Origin: Octopus bimaculoides
Lineage: Eukaryota
Reading direction: 5' to 3'
Assembly: GCF_001194135.2 (NCBI RefSeq)
Contig: NC_068990.1
Location: 85,054,246-85,104,076 of the forward strand
DNA length: 49,831 bases
Shown piece after piece: positions 34,001-46,032 of this stretch. The position numbers were made by a program, and so were the translations under genes. The notes beneath the pieces were generated by a model. It made no database searches. It was not told the DNA's origin and was given only the letters and a program-made list of their open reading frames with translations. Within the stretch, counting starts at the first letter, position 1. Each line of letters starts with the position of its first letter.

Positions 34001-34596
34001 AGAAGAGGATCAGAGAAACTGTAAACCAAATTCTCCTTTTTTTACTATTTTCATTTCTCACTTGTTTTTTTTTTCAGTATGGCTTGTCAACCACCACTAA
34101 AATTAATGAACCTTGTACATTCAAGCAAATTGATATACAGTTTTAATTTTATTGACTGCTATGTTGGAGATAGCCTGTCATTGCCATCAAGACTGAAATA
34201 TTCTGCCAGTAGAAAATTAATGACTTAGCCATTCTACCAGCATTCAGCTTTGGGGTGGCCAGCTGTCAGTAGTATAATGTTATAAAAAATCTAAGGAGCA
34301 TTTTCTCTGAAGTTTGTAGCTTTGGCAGCAATATCCAGGGGCGCATTTTATAGAACCTTGGCATTGTTTTAGAACAAGAATCTGATCTTCTCAAAGAGTT
34401 TAAATTGAGATAGAGAAGAATCGTGATGGAAACTTCCTAGGGATATAACTAAAAACTGAAGTAGACAACCACCGGTGAGTACATTTGTAGAAAGGAAGAT
34501 TCTGTCAATATGTTATAATATCGATTTCAACATCCGGTTTCAGATCAAAAATTTTTGCCAAACAAGTTTTAAAATTACTTACTTACACACACAAAT

Positions 34597-34750
34597 ATAC
34601 GGCGGGCTTCTTTCAGTTTTCGTCTATTAAGTTTACTCAACGCTTTGGTCGACCCGAGGCTATAGTAGAAGACACTTGCTCAAGGTACCAAGCAGTGGGA
34701 CTGAACTTCGAACCATGTGGTTGGGAAGCAAACTTCTTACCAAGCAGTCA
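34597..34750 (-). mobile_element. SINE family F 5' half
   Basis: cgggcttctttcagttt...gaggctatagtagaagacacttgctcaagg...accatgtggttgg. Confidence 0.88.
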
Positions 34751-34789
34751 TACATATATGTATGTTTATATATATATAAATATATATAT

Positions 34790-34945
34790 AAGGAAAATGT
34801 TCTCTATGTGGCCTGTGTGTTTTCTGTACTCTGGTTATTATTATTTTTTTGTCTACGTTTTGTTTGCAATGTCCTGTACCCAGATATGCACCTATATATA
34901 CAGGTAGATGTAGGTATGCACATACTTGTACGTATATATGCATAT
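34790..34945 (+). mobile_element. Interspersed repeat shared with 22571-22715
   Basis: Homologous in opposite orientation to 22571-22715. Confidence 0.55.
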
Positions 34946-35879
34946 ACTCATTTATTATTTGTTTTATATATGTATNNNNNNNNNNNNNNNNNNNNNNNNN
35001 NNNNNNNNNNNNNNNNNNNNNNNNNNNNNNNNNNNNNNNNNNNNNNNNNNNNNNNNNNNNNNNNNNNNNNNNNNNNNNNNNNNNNNNNNNNNNNNNNNNN
35101 NNNNNNNNNNNNNNNNNNNNNNNNNNNNNNNNNNNNNNNNNNNNNNNNNNNNNNNNNNNNNNNNNNNNNNNNNNNNNNNNNNNNNNNNNNNNNNNNNNNN
35201 NNNNNNNNNNNNNNNNNNNNNNNNNNNNNNNNNNNNNNNNNNNNNNNNNNNNNNNNNNNNNNNNNNNNNNNNNNNNNNNNNNNNNNNNNNNNNNNNNNNN
35301 NNNNNNNNNNNNNNNNNNNNNNNNNNNNNNNNNNNNNNNNNNNNNNNNNNNNNNNNNNNNNNNNNNNNNNNNNNNNNNNNNNNNNNNNNNNNNNNNNNNN
35401 NNNNNNNNNNNNNNNNNNNNNNNNNNNNNNNNNNNNNNNNNNNNNNNNNNNNNNNNNNNNNNNNNNNNNNNNNNNNNNNNNNNNNNNNNNNNNNNNNNNN
35501 NNNNNNNNNNNNNNNNNNNNNNNNNNNNNNNNNNNNNNNNNNNNNNNNNNNNNNNNNNNNNNNNNNNNNNNNNNNNNNNNNNNNNNNNNNNNNNNNNNNN
35601 NNNNNNNNNNNNNNNNNNNNNNNNNNNNNNNNNNNNNNNNNNNNNNNNNNNNNNNNNNNNNNNNNNNNNNNNNNNNNNNNNNNNNNNNNNNNNNNNNNNN
35701 NNNNNNNNNNNNNNNNNNNNNNNNNNNNNNNNNNNNNNNNNNNNNNNNNNNNNNNNNNNNNNNNNNNNNNNNNNNNNNNNNNNNNNNNNNNNNNNNNNNN
35801 NNNNNNNNNNNNNNNNNNNNNNNNNNNNNNNNNNNNNNNNNNNNNNNNNNNNNNNNNNNNNNNNNNNNNNNNNNNNNNN

Positions 35880-36270
35880 TACTCTTTTACTCTTTTACTT
35901 GCTTCAGTCTTTTGACTGTGGCCATGCTGGAGCACCGCCTTTAGTCGAGCAAATCGACCCCAGGACTTATTCTTTGGAAACCTAGTACTTATTCTATCGG
36001 TCTCTTTTGCCGAACCGCTAAGTTACGGGGACATAAACACACCAGCATCGGTTGTCAAGCGATGTTGGGGGACAAACACAGACATACAAACACATACACA
36101 CACACACACATATATATATATATACATATATACGACAGGCTTCTTTCAGTTTCCGTCTACCAAATCCACTCACAAGGCTTTGGTCGGCCCGAGGCTATAG
36201 TAGAAGACACTTGCCCAAGATGCCACGCTGTGGGACTGAACCCGGGACCATGTGGTTGGTAAGCAAGCTA
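35880..36270 (-). mobile_element. SINE family F, near full length with internal SSR
   Basis: Reverse-complement colinear with 23743-24143, with a (tactcttt)n tail at 35880 and a (CA)/(AT) SSR at 36085-36132. Confidence 0.93.
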
Positions 36271-38001
36271 TATAATGCATACTCACACACACTAAAAAAA
36301 TGAATGCATGAATACTTACATATACACATTTATGCATGCATACGCACATGAGTACATACATGCATAACATTGCTAAAGTATATGTAAATATACAAGCATA
36401 CAGACATGTGTATGCGTGTATGTGTATTTGTGTATGTGTGTGTATGTGTGTGTGCGTGTGTGTGTATCTGTGTGCGTGTGTGTAAGTGTGAGCGTGTGTG
36501 TGTTTATCTTTATATGCAGAAGTGTATAAATATATGTATAATTATGTGTACACATAGTTTTATATATATATATATATATATATNNNNNNNNNNNNNNNNN
36601 NNNNNNNNNNNNNNNNNNNNNNNNNNNNNNNNNNNNNNNNNNNNNNNNNNNNNNNNNNNNNNNNNNNNNNNNNNNNNNNNNNNNNNNNNNNNNNNNNNNN
36701 NNNNNNNNNNNNNNNNNNNNNNNNNNNNNNNNNNNNNNNNNNNNNNNNNNNNNNNNNNNNNNNNNNNNNNNNNNNNNNNNNNNNNNNNNNNNNNNNNNNN
36801 NNNNNNNNNNNNNNNNNNNNNNNNNNNNNNNNNNNNNNNNNNNNNNNNNNNNNNNNNNNNNNNNNNNNNNNNNNNNNNNNNNNNNNNNNNNNNNNNNNNN
36901 NNNNNNNNNNNNNNNNNNNNNNNNNNNNNNNNNNNNNNNNNNNNNNNNNNNNNNNNNNNNNNNNNNNNNNNNNNNNNNNNNNNNNNNNNNNNNNNNNNNN
37001 NNNNNNNNNNNNNNNNNNNNNNNNNNNNNNNNNNNNNNNNNNNNNNNNNNNNNNNNNNNNNNNNNNNNNNNNNNNNNNNNNNNNNNNNNNNNNNNNNNNN
37101 NNNNNNNNNNNNNNNNNNNNNNNNNNNNNNNNNNNNNNNNNNNNNNNNNNNNNNNNNNNNNNNNNNNNNNNNNNNNNNNNNNNNNNNNNNNNNNNNNNNN
37201 NNNNNNNNNNTATATATATATATATATATGTATGTATAAATATATATGAATGTATATATTTGTGTGTGTGTGTGTTGCGTGTGCGTGTACGTGTGGGTGT
37301 GCATGCGTGCGTCCGTACGTGTGTGCGTGTATGTGTGTGTGTACAAATACGAATATAGTGAGAAGCATCACATGGAAACAGTCTTAGTATTCGGTATCCA
37401 TTTCTATATTATTCAATATGTCTATTTCTAAGGCTGTGAATTGATGAAGATTTGGCTTCTATTTCCAACAAATCGAGAATGAGTTTGATCATAGGTCTTC
37501 TCGTTCAAAATCGCCAACAACAGGAACAACAAACTATGAGAATCTACAGATGGTTCACCATCAAACTAAAGAAAGACCTAACTGGAAAATCAATCATTGT
37601 ATTTTAGAAGACATAATGCAAAAAGGAGAGGAATGAAAATGAATTGAAACTTATTATTTAGAAGAGTCTGTGAAGTGAACAGAATTGTTGAAGGAAGCAT
37701 TTTAAAATCAAAGCCGAAAATGAAATATTGTTGAAAATTATTTGGCATCTAAGTTATCGGTTCACACACACACAGATAGGATTATAATTCAAGCAGTGTC
37801 CTCATCTTTGTGCATAAGAGTTGAAAAATATTGGAAAATGTTTTGCAGAATAATTACGTATCAAAACAGGAGACTGGAAGAAATCTTTAGCATATTTATT
37901 CACCATTACACGTGTTGCATATGCTAATAGAAGTTTACAAAATTGAACTAGTAAATTTTTTCCCAATCTCCTCTTTTGATATGTATGTGTGTGTGTTTGC
38001 G

Positions 38002-38049
<48 letters not shown>

Positions 38050-38059
38050 NNNNNNNNNN

Positions 38060-38102
<43 letters not shown>

Positions 38103-38446
38103 TATTTGTGCAACTGAAGATAGCGGTGTATTTAAATTGATGTAATGATTGTATTATTCAATTAAATAGAGCCACTTGAAACGGTCGTACTGCATTACTA
38201 CTTGAAATCCTGTTACTTATTTTGATTTTATTCACATTACTTAGAGCTGTGCGGATGATACCGGACTGACTTAGTCCTTCAACTTAAGTACCTAATTCAA
38301 CTGAATCTTAATTACTTATNNNNNNNNNNNNNNNNNNNNNNNNNNNNNNNNNNNNNNNNNNNNNNNNNNNNNNNNNNNNNNNNNNNNNNNNNNNNNNNNN
38401 NNNNNNNNNNNNNNNNNNNNNNNNNNNNNNNNNNNNNNNNNNNNNN

Positions 38447-38479
<33 letters not shown>

Positions 38480-38534
38480 GTATATGTGTGTGTATGTATA
38501 TATATATGTATATGTGTGTATGTATGTATGTATG

Positions 38535-38571
<37 letters not shown>

Positions 38572-38639
38572 TACCCTTGAAGCCGCCCTTCGGGCGGCAT
38601 TTAGGCTAGCTTCTACGGAGGGCACCTTTGAGGTTATTT

Positions 38640-38822
38640 CCCACTATAGGGCCGAATCACGGCCTTCAACTCTTGTGTAATGAAACGTATTTCTGCAAAT
38701 GTGCTAAGCACTTTTATTGATTGAAATGGACAATATTTTGAAGGCGATAAAAGTATAAACATGTAAAACCAAGTGAGCAAAATCACATTGTAAAATTCCG
38801 GTTTCTTTTGGGTACCCCTTCG
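38640..38822 (-). mobile_element. Mariner-like element end
   Basis: - strand reads TA|cgaaggggtacccaaaagaaaccggaatt...ttttatcgccttcaaaatattgtccatttcaa, a TACGAGGG-type mariner terminus. No partner TIR seen. Confidence 0.6.
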
Positions 38823-39586
38823 TATATGCTCATAAAGAGACATGATGGTCAAACTTAGAACGCCTTTGGTGATAGGTCTGCTGGATTAAGACTAAGCAGC
38901 GCCAACAACTAATCGAGTTACATAATGAGAAATTTTTACAAATTAACCTCAAAGGCTTGTTACATAAGAGAAAGAAACACGACCCTTCACATACTTTAGA
39001 AATAGTTATTCCAGAGCATAATTGATCACTAATTAGGCTGAAAGTTCAAGCTTCTAATTAATTATACTGAAATCTAATTTGGCGCAAAACTAGTTTGTAA
39101 TTAGATTCTGAAATATTCGTGAAATAACCGCGATACTTGATCACATGCCTAATGAAAAGGAATATATTATATCAACACAAATATTGCTGGGTTAGATGTC
39201 ATTCATTCTTAAGTTATAAGATGTAGAAATAGAGATTTTTTAAGAATATACGGAAAAATACGTGATATGTTACTTTGCTCTACGTTGCTCTCGAAACTAT
39301 ACTTGAATCCCTGGAATACCATGACTTCTGTCCGTTTCAAGCATCATCAGCGGATTGGAATAAACAACTCATATGGAAAAGAACTAGAAGAATGTAACAT
39401 TGGTATTCTTTCTCAACACCTATTGAATGGTATAACATCACTGAAAGCTCAGTCTTGGTATAACATGTTTGGGGCAATCCAGCGCAAAGTGCGAGCCTCT
39501 ATCTTTGTAAGTTATATTTCACAAGAAGTTTAATTGACGGCTGTGAGTCAAAGAAAGATCATTATTCCTTACTCTGGAGCAGTTAG

Positions 39587-39800
39587 TGGTTTCAAATTTT
39601 GGCACAATGCCAGAAATTTCGAGGAAGGGGCTGGATCGATTACAACAACCCCAATATGTAACTGGTACTTATTTTATCGACCTCGAAAGAATAAAACGCA
39701 CAGTTGACCTCGACGGAATTTGAACTCAGAGCGTAAAAACGCACGAAATACCCCCTAAGCATTTTGCCCGGCGTGCTAACGATCCTGTCAGCCCGCCGCA
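39587..39800 (-). mobile_element. SINE family A (tail ...ttgtgccaaaatttgaaa)
   Basis: Reverse-complement head and core match. Confidence 0.88.
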
Positions 39801-39819
39801 TTGCTCCATAGTAATTATT

Positions 39820-40036
39820 CTTTTCCACTCTAGGCAAAAGGCCCGAAAGCTTTGGGGAGGGGGGGCAGTCGATTAGATCGAACCCAAGTAGGCAACTGGT
39901 ACTTAATTTATCGACCCCCGAAGGGATGAAAGGCTAAGACGACCTCGGCGGAATTTGAACTCAGAACGTAAAGACAAACGAAATGCCGCTAAGCATTTTG
40001 CCCGGCGTGCTAACCACTCTGCCAGCTCGCCGCCTT
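39820..40036 (-). mobile_element. SINE family A with 16-bp TSD
   Basis: TSD ctccatagtaattatt (39804-39819) and ctccatactaattatt (40037-40052), 15/16. Confidence 0.93.
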
Positions 40037-40627
40037 CTCCATACTAATTATTGACGGTGTGATGTATGGATCCTTTCAAAGCATAATGGCTGATTATTTG
40101 AGATTAGGGTACCTTTGACACCGAGGAAACACTGTGCAGTTGACGGTGACATAGCATGAAACATCGAACACTCGGCTTGTCATATACACTTAGCAATCTG
40201 ACCATTTGGAAGTTCGAATAAAAACTAAGTGAACCTTACACTTTCCTCGTTAGTATGTGATATTGATGTGAATGAAAAAGTAAAGCGACTATAACAGTGT
40301 TTACGTATCTGTGCGTTTTAATACACAGAATTACTCAACAACAATATTTCAACACAAGACATGATATTAAATATCTTGTGAAACTTGTACTAAAAATTTG
40401 GAAATTTTATCCGTTTTACATACTCTCTGAAAAACGCTGCTTCCTGCTGTGATTAGAACATAACACTGTTCATTCACACTATAAACACACACGCACGCGT
40501 GCGTGTGTATAGTATCAAACACACATTCATTTCGACCAACTGTCAATTATGGAATTCCCGTGAGTCACAGCCGGGATGATGATCGCCTTGCCTCGATATA
40601 TATATATATATATATAGATATACGGAG

Positions 40628-40735
40628 AAAATAATTCACGCGAAAAAATAATTCACGCGAAAAACTAATTCACGCGAAAAACTAATTCACGCGAAAAACT
40701 AATTCACGCGAAAAAATAATTCACGAAAAATAATT
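40628..40735. repeat. 17-bp minisatellite (aaaaa(a/c)taattcacgcg) x~6
   Basis: Units at 40643, 40660, 40677 and 40694 plus partial units at each end. Confidence 0.95.
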
Positions 40736-40930
40736 GTGAAGATATCATTAACTCTGTTATTAACTTGTAACAATTTNNNNNNNNNNNNNNNNNNNNNNNN
40801 NNNNNNNNNNNNNNNNNNNNNNNNNNNNNNNNNNNNNNNNNNNNNNNNNNNNNNNNNNNNNNNNNNNNNNNNNNNNNNNNNNNNNNNNNNNNNNNNNNNN
40901 NNNNNNNNNNNNNNNNNNNNNNNNNNNNNN

Positions 40931-40971
<41 letters not shown>

Positions 40972-41549
40972 AATTTTTTATGCAACATGTCTATGAAGAA
41001 GTTATTTCCACAGACAAAAGCCACAGCACAGTTGGTCTTTATATACATACATATATACATACATACACACACATATGTGAAGAGAAGAATGGACTTTATT
41101 ATAAGCAACTAATTTGTTGCTCTCAGACACTTTTCATGAAACTTACAAATTTATTGGTAGAGAGAGCTTCTCTCTGCATCCTCACAACCGACTAAATTTT
41201 AGTAACTCGGAGAATTAGTATAACATACAAAATATAAGTTAAATATATTCAACTGAAGAAGCATTAAAAAGAATTAATTGCACGATAAATTTCTAAAAGA
41301 TCAATATTACTTAGTGACTATTATCATTTGCAATTTTTGAGAGAACTTCTTATGTGTTTCGGCTATAATTTAACCTCATCAGAGAAGTAAATCTTTTATA
41401 GTGCTTCGCGAAATAGTGATGAAAAGATCACTGACAAAATATACAAAATATACAAGGGATGTGGGTTCGACTGTTGTTTATAATGTATGTTTATAATGTA
41501 TGTAAAACAATGTGATCCAATCTCTTTCATTTTTAAAGATCCTCAGAAC

Positions 41550-41720
41550 ATATTTGGGAGAGATTTGGCTGCTAAATTTAACGATTCGAGAGACCAAAAC
41601 AAGCTCCATCGTTGGCATAGTGGATGTCGGACTACGTTATCGCATGGGTCCTTTCTTTTTTAAGACGACAGTGTGTGAATTGTTGGAGATTTGGCTGTCA
41701 TATTTTGCAGGTTGTGCAAT
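41550..41720 (-). mobile_element. Two decayed fragments of the (AAC)n-tailed family core
   Basis: gggagagatttggctgcta (~41556) and ggagatttggctgtcatattttgcaggt (~41685). Confidence 0.45.
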
Positions 41721-42025
41721 AGTATACAGACTGACACAGACGTTAATTAAGTGTTACACTTTGACTATAAAATATGATATAATTAACGTCATACTAAGTT
41801 TAAGTTAAACATCGTTTCATGTAATACGTACCGGCTGCTTAGATGACGACAGTTAAAATATGGTTATTAATAGAACAGAAAGTGCAAAATAATCTGAAAT
41901 AATGCATAGATATATTTATATTTCACTCTGAAATGAATCTTTCTTTTGCACTCACTCCCACCTTCACTTACTCACTAACTCTCCCTTTCTCTTTCTGTAT
42001 CTCTCTTTCTCTCATTATGTATGTA

Positions 42026-42100
42026 CCTATCTGTCAGTCTGCCTATCTGACTGTCTATCTGTCTGCCTGTCTGTCTGTCTGTCTATTTGTCTGTCTATCC

Positions 42101-42171
<71 letters not shown>

Positions 42172-42182
42172 CGTCTATCTAC

Positions 42183-42248
<66 letters not shown>
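42026..42248. repeat. (TGTC)n/(TATC)n array
   Basis: Directly visible. Confidence 0.96.
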
Positions 42249-42251
42249 GCC

Positions 42252-42521
42252 AGGGTATCACCTAGACCGCTGGTCACGATGCACTTCACATTGTTTTAGC
42301 TTTCGAATCATGCCACGCCGCTGGTCAGGCGGGCAGGCCGATATTTTCCTCTGAACGTGATAACCAAGTCGCTGGGTTATCCATTTACAGCTGAGTGGAC
42401 TGAAGCAACTTGAAATGAAATGCTTTGTCCAAGAACACAACTTACCGCCAGTCTGGGAATCGAAACAACGATCTCGCGATCGTGAGTGCAACATCCTAAC
42501 TACTAGGTCTTACGCCTTCAC
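42252..42521 (-). mobile_element. tRNA-derived SINE family G (CORE/V-like central domain)
   Basis: - strand: gtgaaggcgtaagacctagtagttagg (A-box-like), gtttcgattccc (B-box), then tgtgttcttggacaaagcatttcatttcaagttgcttcagtccactcagctgtaaatg. Confidence 0.8.
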
Positions 42522-43500
42522 CCCCCCCCCCCNNNNNNNNNNNNNNNNNNNNNNNNNNNNNNNNNNNNNNNNNNNNNNNNNNNNNNNNNNNNNNNNNNNN
42601 NNNNNNNNNNNNNNNCCCCCCACACACATAAAATCAGTCTTAAGTTCGTTTTACATATTTCTATATAAAGGGTTTTTAGAGTCAAAATATCGTAATATAA
42701 GTAAAACTTTAAACGTTGCTTTTGTTTCTTTCTTATTTTCATTTATTCATTGTTTTCCAGACAGAATGCCAACAGCCAAATGGCAGTAAGACACACGCTT
42801 ACAAATTATCAACTTTCAAAATACAGACAATGTTTTGCTTAGTAAAAACAATTTCAAAAATAATTCATTTTAGAAGTGAAGCAATTTATTAAATAGAAAA
42901 CGTTTGCAAATAACTATTATTTGGCAAGTTTTGAAAGAAAAGCAATATATTAAAAGTAAAGCCACCAAAAATATTCCGTTTTAGAAATAAAACAACTTTT
43001 TAAAAAGCAAAACTATAAATAATGAGCCATTCATCTTAAGAAAAACACGAGGTAGGTCGAATTACACGCAACGATTAGCGATTACCCTTGCCATAAGATC
43101 AGTGACTTTAGTATATTTTATATTTATTCGTGTCACTTTTGTCCCAAGAAATATCTGTTCGAGAATTGATTCAGTCTTAGCTTGCTCTAGCTGGGTTTTC
43201 TTGAGTTTTAGCATGATCGGATGGATTGTCAAAATTAATCTATTGTAAGGTTTGCCCTATTCCTCCACGGAATTAATTGGCCAGAATATATTCGACTCAC
43301 AGACACACACACACACACACATACACATGCACACACACACACGCACACACAAACACAAACTCATACGCTCACACACACAAAACACATACATATATTTATA
43401 TAGCGAAAGGGATACAAATAGAGATAGGTAGATAGATCTCGCCTGAAGATCGAAGCGGCGTGAAACTAGAGTAGCGAAATAAAAACTATGTATGTATTTA

Positions 43501-43549
<49 letters not shown>

Positions 43550-43556
43550 CTGCGTG

Positions 43557-43589
<33 letters not shown>

Positions 43590-43649
43590 ACACATAACAT
43601 AACATATATCAATACACATATGCATATATGTATGTAGCTGGAATTTACA

Positions 43650-43800
43650 GAAAAAAAAACAAAAGACGAAAACAGGTGTATAAACAAAAAACAGGTGTAT
43701 TAGTTTAACGCTCGGAAAGGTGAGAAAATCTTTTACGTTTCGAGCCTACGCTCTTCAACAGAAAGAAGCATGAGAAATTAAACAGAGAGAGAATAAAAAG
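43650..43800 (-). mobile_element. Penelope-pLTR-like repeat family P, copy 2 (hammerhead-like core 43729-43766)
   Basis: - strand reads tctttctgttgaagagcgtaggctcgaaacgtaaaaga...ccgagcgttaaactaatacacctg. Confidence 0.7.
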
Positions 43801-45491
43801 GGGAAGAATAAAATATGTATGTATATGTGTGGGTTTCTTTCTCAGGATGTTTCAAATGAATGAAAAAAAAACAATAGTCCTGTTTGAAATCTTTCTTCTG
43901 GGCTAAAGTTAATGGAAGGAACACGCACACACACACGCACGCATACACACACACACACACACANNNNNNNNNNNNNNNNNNNNNNNNNNNNNNNNNNNNN
44001 NNNNNNNNNNNNNNNNNNNNNNNNNNNNNNNNNNNNNNNNNNNNNNNNNNNNNNNNNNNNNNNNNNNNNNNNNNNNNNNNNNNNNNNNNNNNNNNNNNNN
44101 NNNNNNNNNNNNNNNNNNNNNNNNNNNNNNNNNNNNNNNNNNNNNNNNNNNNNNNNNNNNNNNNNNNNNNNNNNNNNNNNNNNNNNNNNNNNNNNNNNNN
44201 NNNNNNNNNNNNNNNNNNNNNNNNNNNNNNNNNNNNNNNNNNNNNNNNNNNNNNNNNNNNNNNNNNNNNNNNNNNNNNNNNNNNNNNNNNNNNNNNNNNN
44301 NNNNNNNNNNNNNNNNNNNNNNNNNNNNNNNNNNNNNNNNNNNNNNNNNNNNNNNNNNNNNNNNNNNNNNNNNNNNNNNNNNNNNNNNNNNNNNNNNNNN
44401 NNNNNNNNNNNNNNNNNNNNNNNNNNNNNNNNNNNNNNNNNNNNNNNNNNNNNNNNNNNNNNNNNNNNNNNNNNNNNNNNNNNNNNNNNNNNNNNNNNNN
44501 NNNNNNNNNNNNNNNNNNNNNNNNNNNNNNNNNNNNNNNNNNNNNNNNNNNNNNNNNNNNNNNNNNNNNNNNNNNNNNNNNNNNNNNNNNNNNNNNNNNN
44601 NNNNNNNNNNNNNNNNNNNNNNNNNNNNNNNNNNNNNNNNNNNNNNNNNNNNNNNNNNNNNNNNNNNNNNNNNNNNNNNNNNNNNNNNNNNNNNNNNNNN
44701 NNNNNNNNNNNNNNNNNNNNNNNNNNNNNNNNNNNNNNNCATCAGTACCACCACATCTGCCATACACATACCATTCAGCCTTTTTGTGACGGTAATGGGG
44801 TGATATTAATAGTATGAGCTGTAGTCGTGATAGAGGTGGAGGCGGCGGTGAAGATGGTGGTGGTGGTGGTGGTGGTGGTGGTGGTAGCCGATGCGGTCAG
44901 GGATGACGGTGAGAGTAAGTGATGTGAAAGACAGTAGTGTTTGTGGTGGAGACGAAGGCGGCGAAGTCAAACGTATTGATGGTAGTGGCGTTAGAAGTCT
45001 GAATGGTGTGTGTGTATAGCAGATGTGGTGAAGGTGGTGTTGGTATTGAGAAAATGAATTCAGTGTTCAGTCCTTCTTTCTCTCACATACCCCCTCTTTC
45101 TGTCTCTCTCTTGCTATAACTCCCACTGCCACCTTCAGCACTATTACTTTTAATAAAACATCATCATCAGTAGAAGTGCCATTGAATAGTGAGAGAGGGG
45201 GGGGGGGAACAAAGTGTGACACACTGACACACAGAAATTAGTTTTCGCATTTATTATATTAGATGTTTAATTTTGGGGAAATTTTATTTCAATTAAACTG
45301 TTATATATANNNNNNNNNNNNNNNNNNNNNNNNNNNNNNNNNNNNNNNNNNNNNNNNNNNNNNNNNNNNNNNNNNNNNNNNNNNNNNNNNNNNNNNNNNN
45401 NNNNNNNNNNNNNNNNNNNNNNNNNNNNNNNNNNNNNNNNNNNNNNNNNNNNNNNNNNNNNNNNNNNNNNNNNNNNNNNNNNNNNNNNNNN

Positions 45492-45526
<35 letters not shown>

Positions 45527-45879
45527 TAAAAAAGCAAAAAATAAAACAAAAATTTTAGATATATATATATATAAAGCAGATTGTTTATAAAATATTTAGT
45601 TAAGCAATCTTACGCAAGTTTCACTAAGAAAGTAAGGTGTACTAGTTATAAGATATAACATACATCAACAAATTGCATTGTCAAATCTTCAGAGATGCGT
45701 AGCTTTCATTCGTAATATTACTAGTCTATTGTCAGTGTTGCCATCACTGAAACGTGCACCATATGGTGTCAATAAATAAATATCCTACAAACAATTTCTT
45801 CTGTTGTTTTTTTCTACATGTACTCTGTGACATACTCAATGGCGGATTGCAACAAAGGCCACCACACATTCTTTTTTCT

Positions 45880-46032
45880 CTCCTTGTTTCTTTCTGTGTT
45901 CGTTTCTGTGGAAGAGCGTAGGTTCGAAACGTTAAAGACTTTTTCACTTCCCGAGCGTTATACTAATACATCTGTTTGTTGTCTACACCACCTGTCTTCA
46001 TCTTTTGTTTTTTTGTTTTTTGTGAATTCTCC
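45880..46032 (+). mobile_element. Penelope-pLTR-like repeat family P, copy 3 (hammerhead-like core 45901-45938)
   Basis: gtttctgtggaagagcgtaggttcgaaacgttaaagac...ccgagcgttatactaatacatctg. Confidence 0.7.

Noticed and set aside
34078-34480. Faint resemblance to a piggyBac C-terminal region (GDSL..RLKYSASR...FY...AVSSIML)
   Set aside because: Too few identities, multiple stops and no TTAA/TIR seen. It would need a significant TBLASTX/HMM hit.
38582-38603. Rho-independent terminator reading of the GC hairpin
   Set aside because: The context is eukaryotic, there is no upstream gene and no proper U-tract. It is kept only as a possible Helitron end.
40628-40735. CRISPR-like array (also 6050-6115 and 31626-31716)
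   Set aside because: The repeats are contiguous with no unique spacers, no cas genes are present, and the context is eukaryotic.
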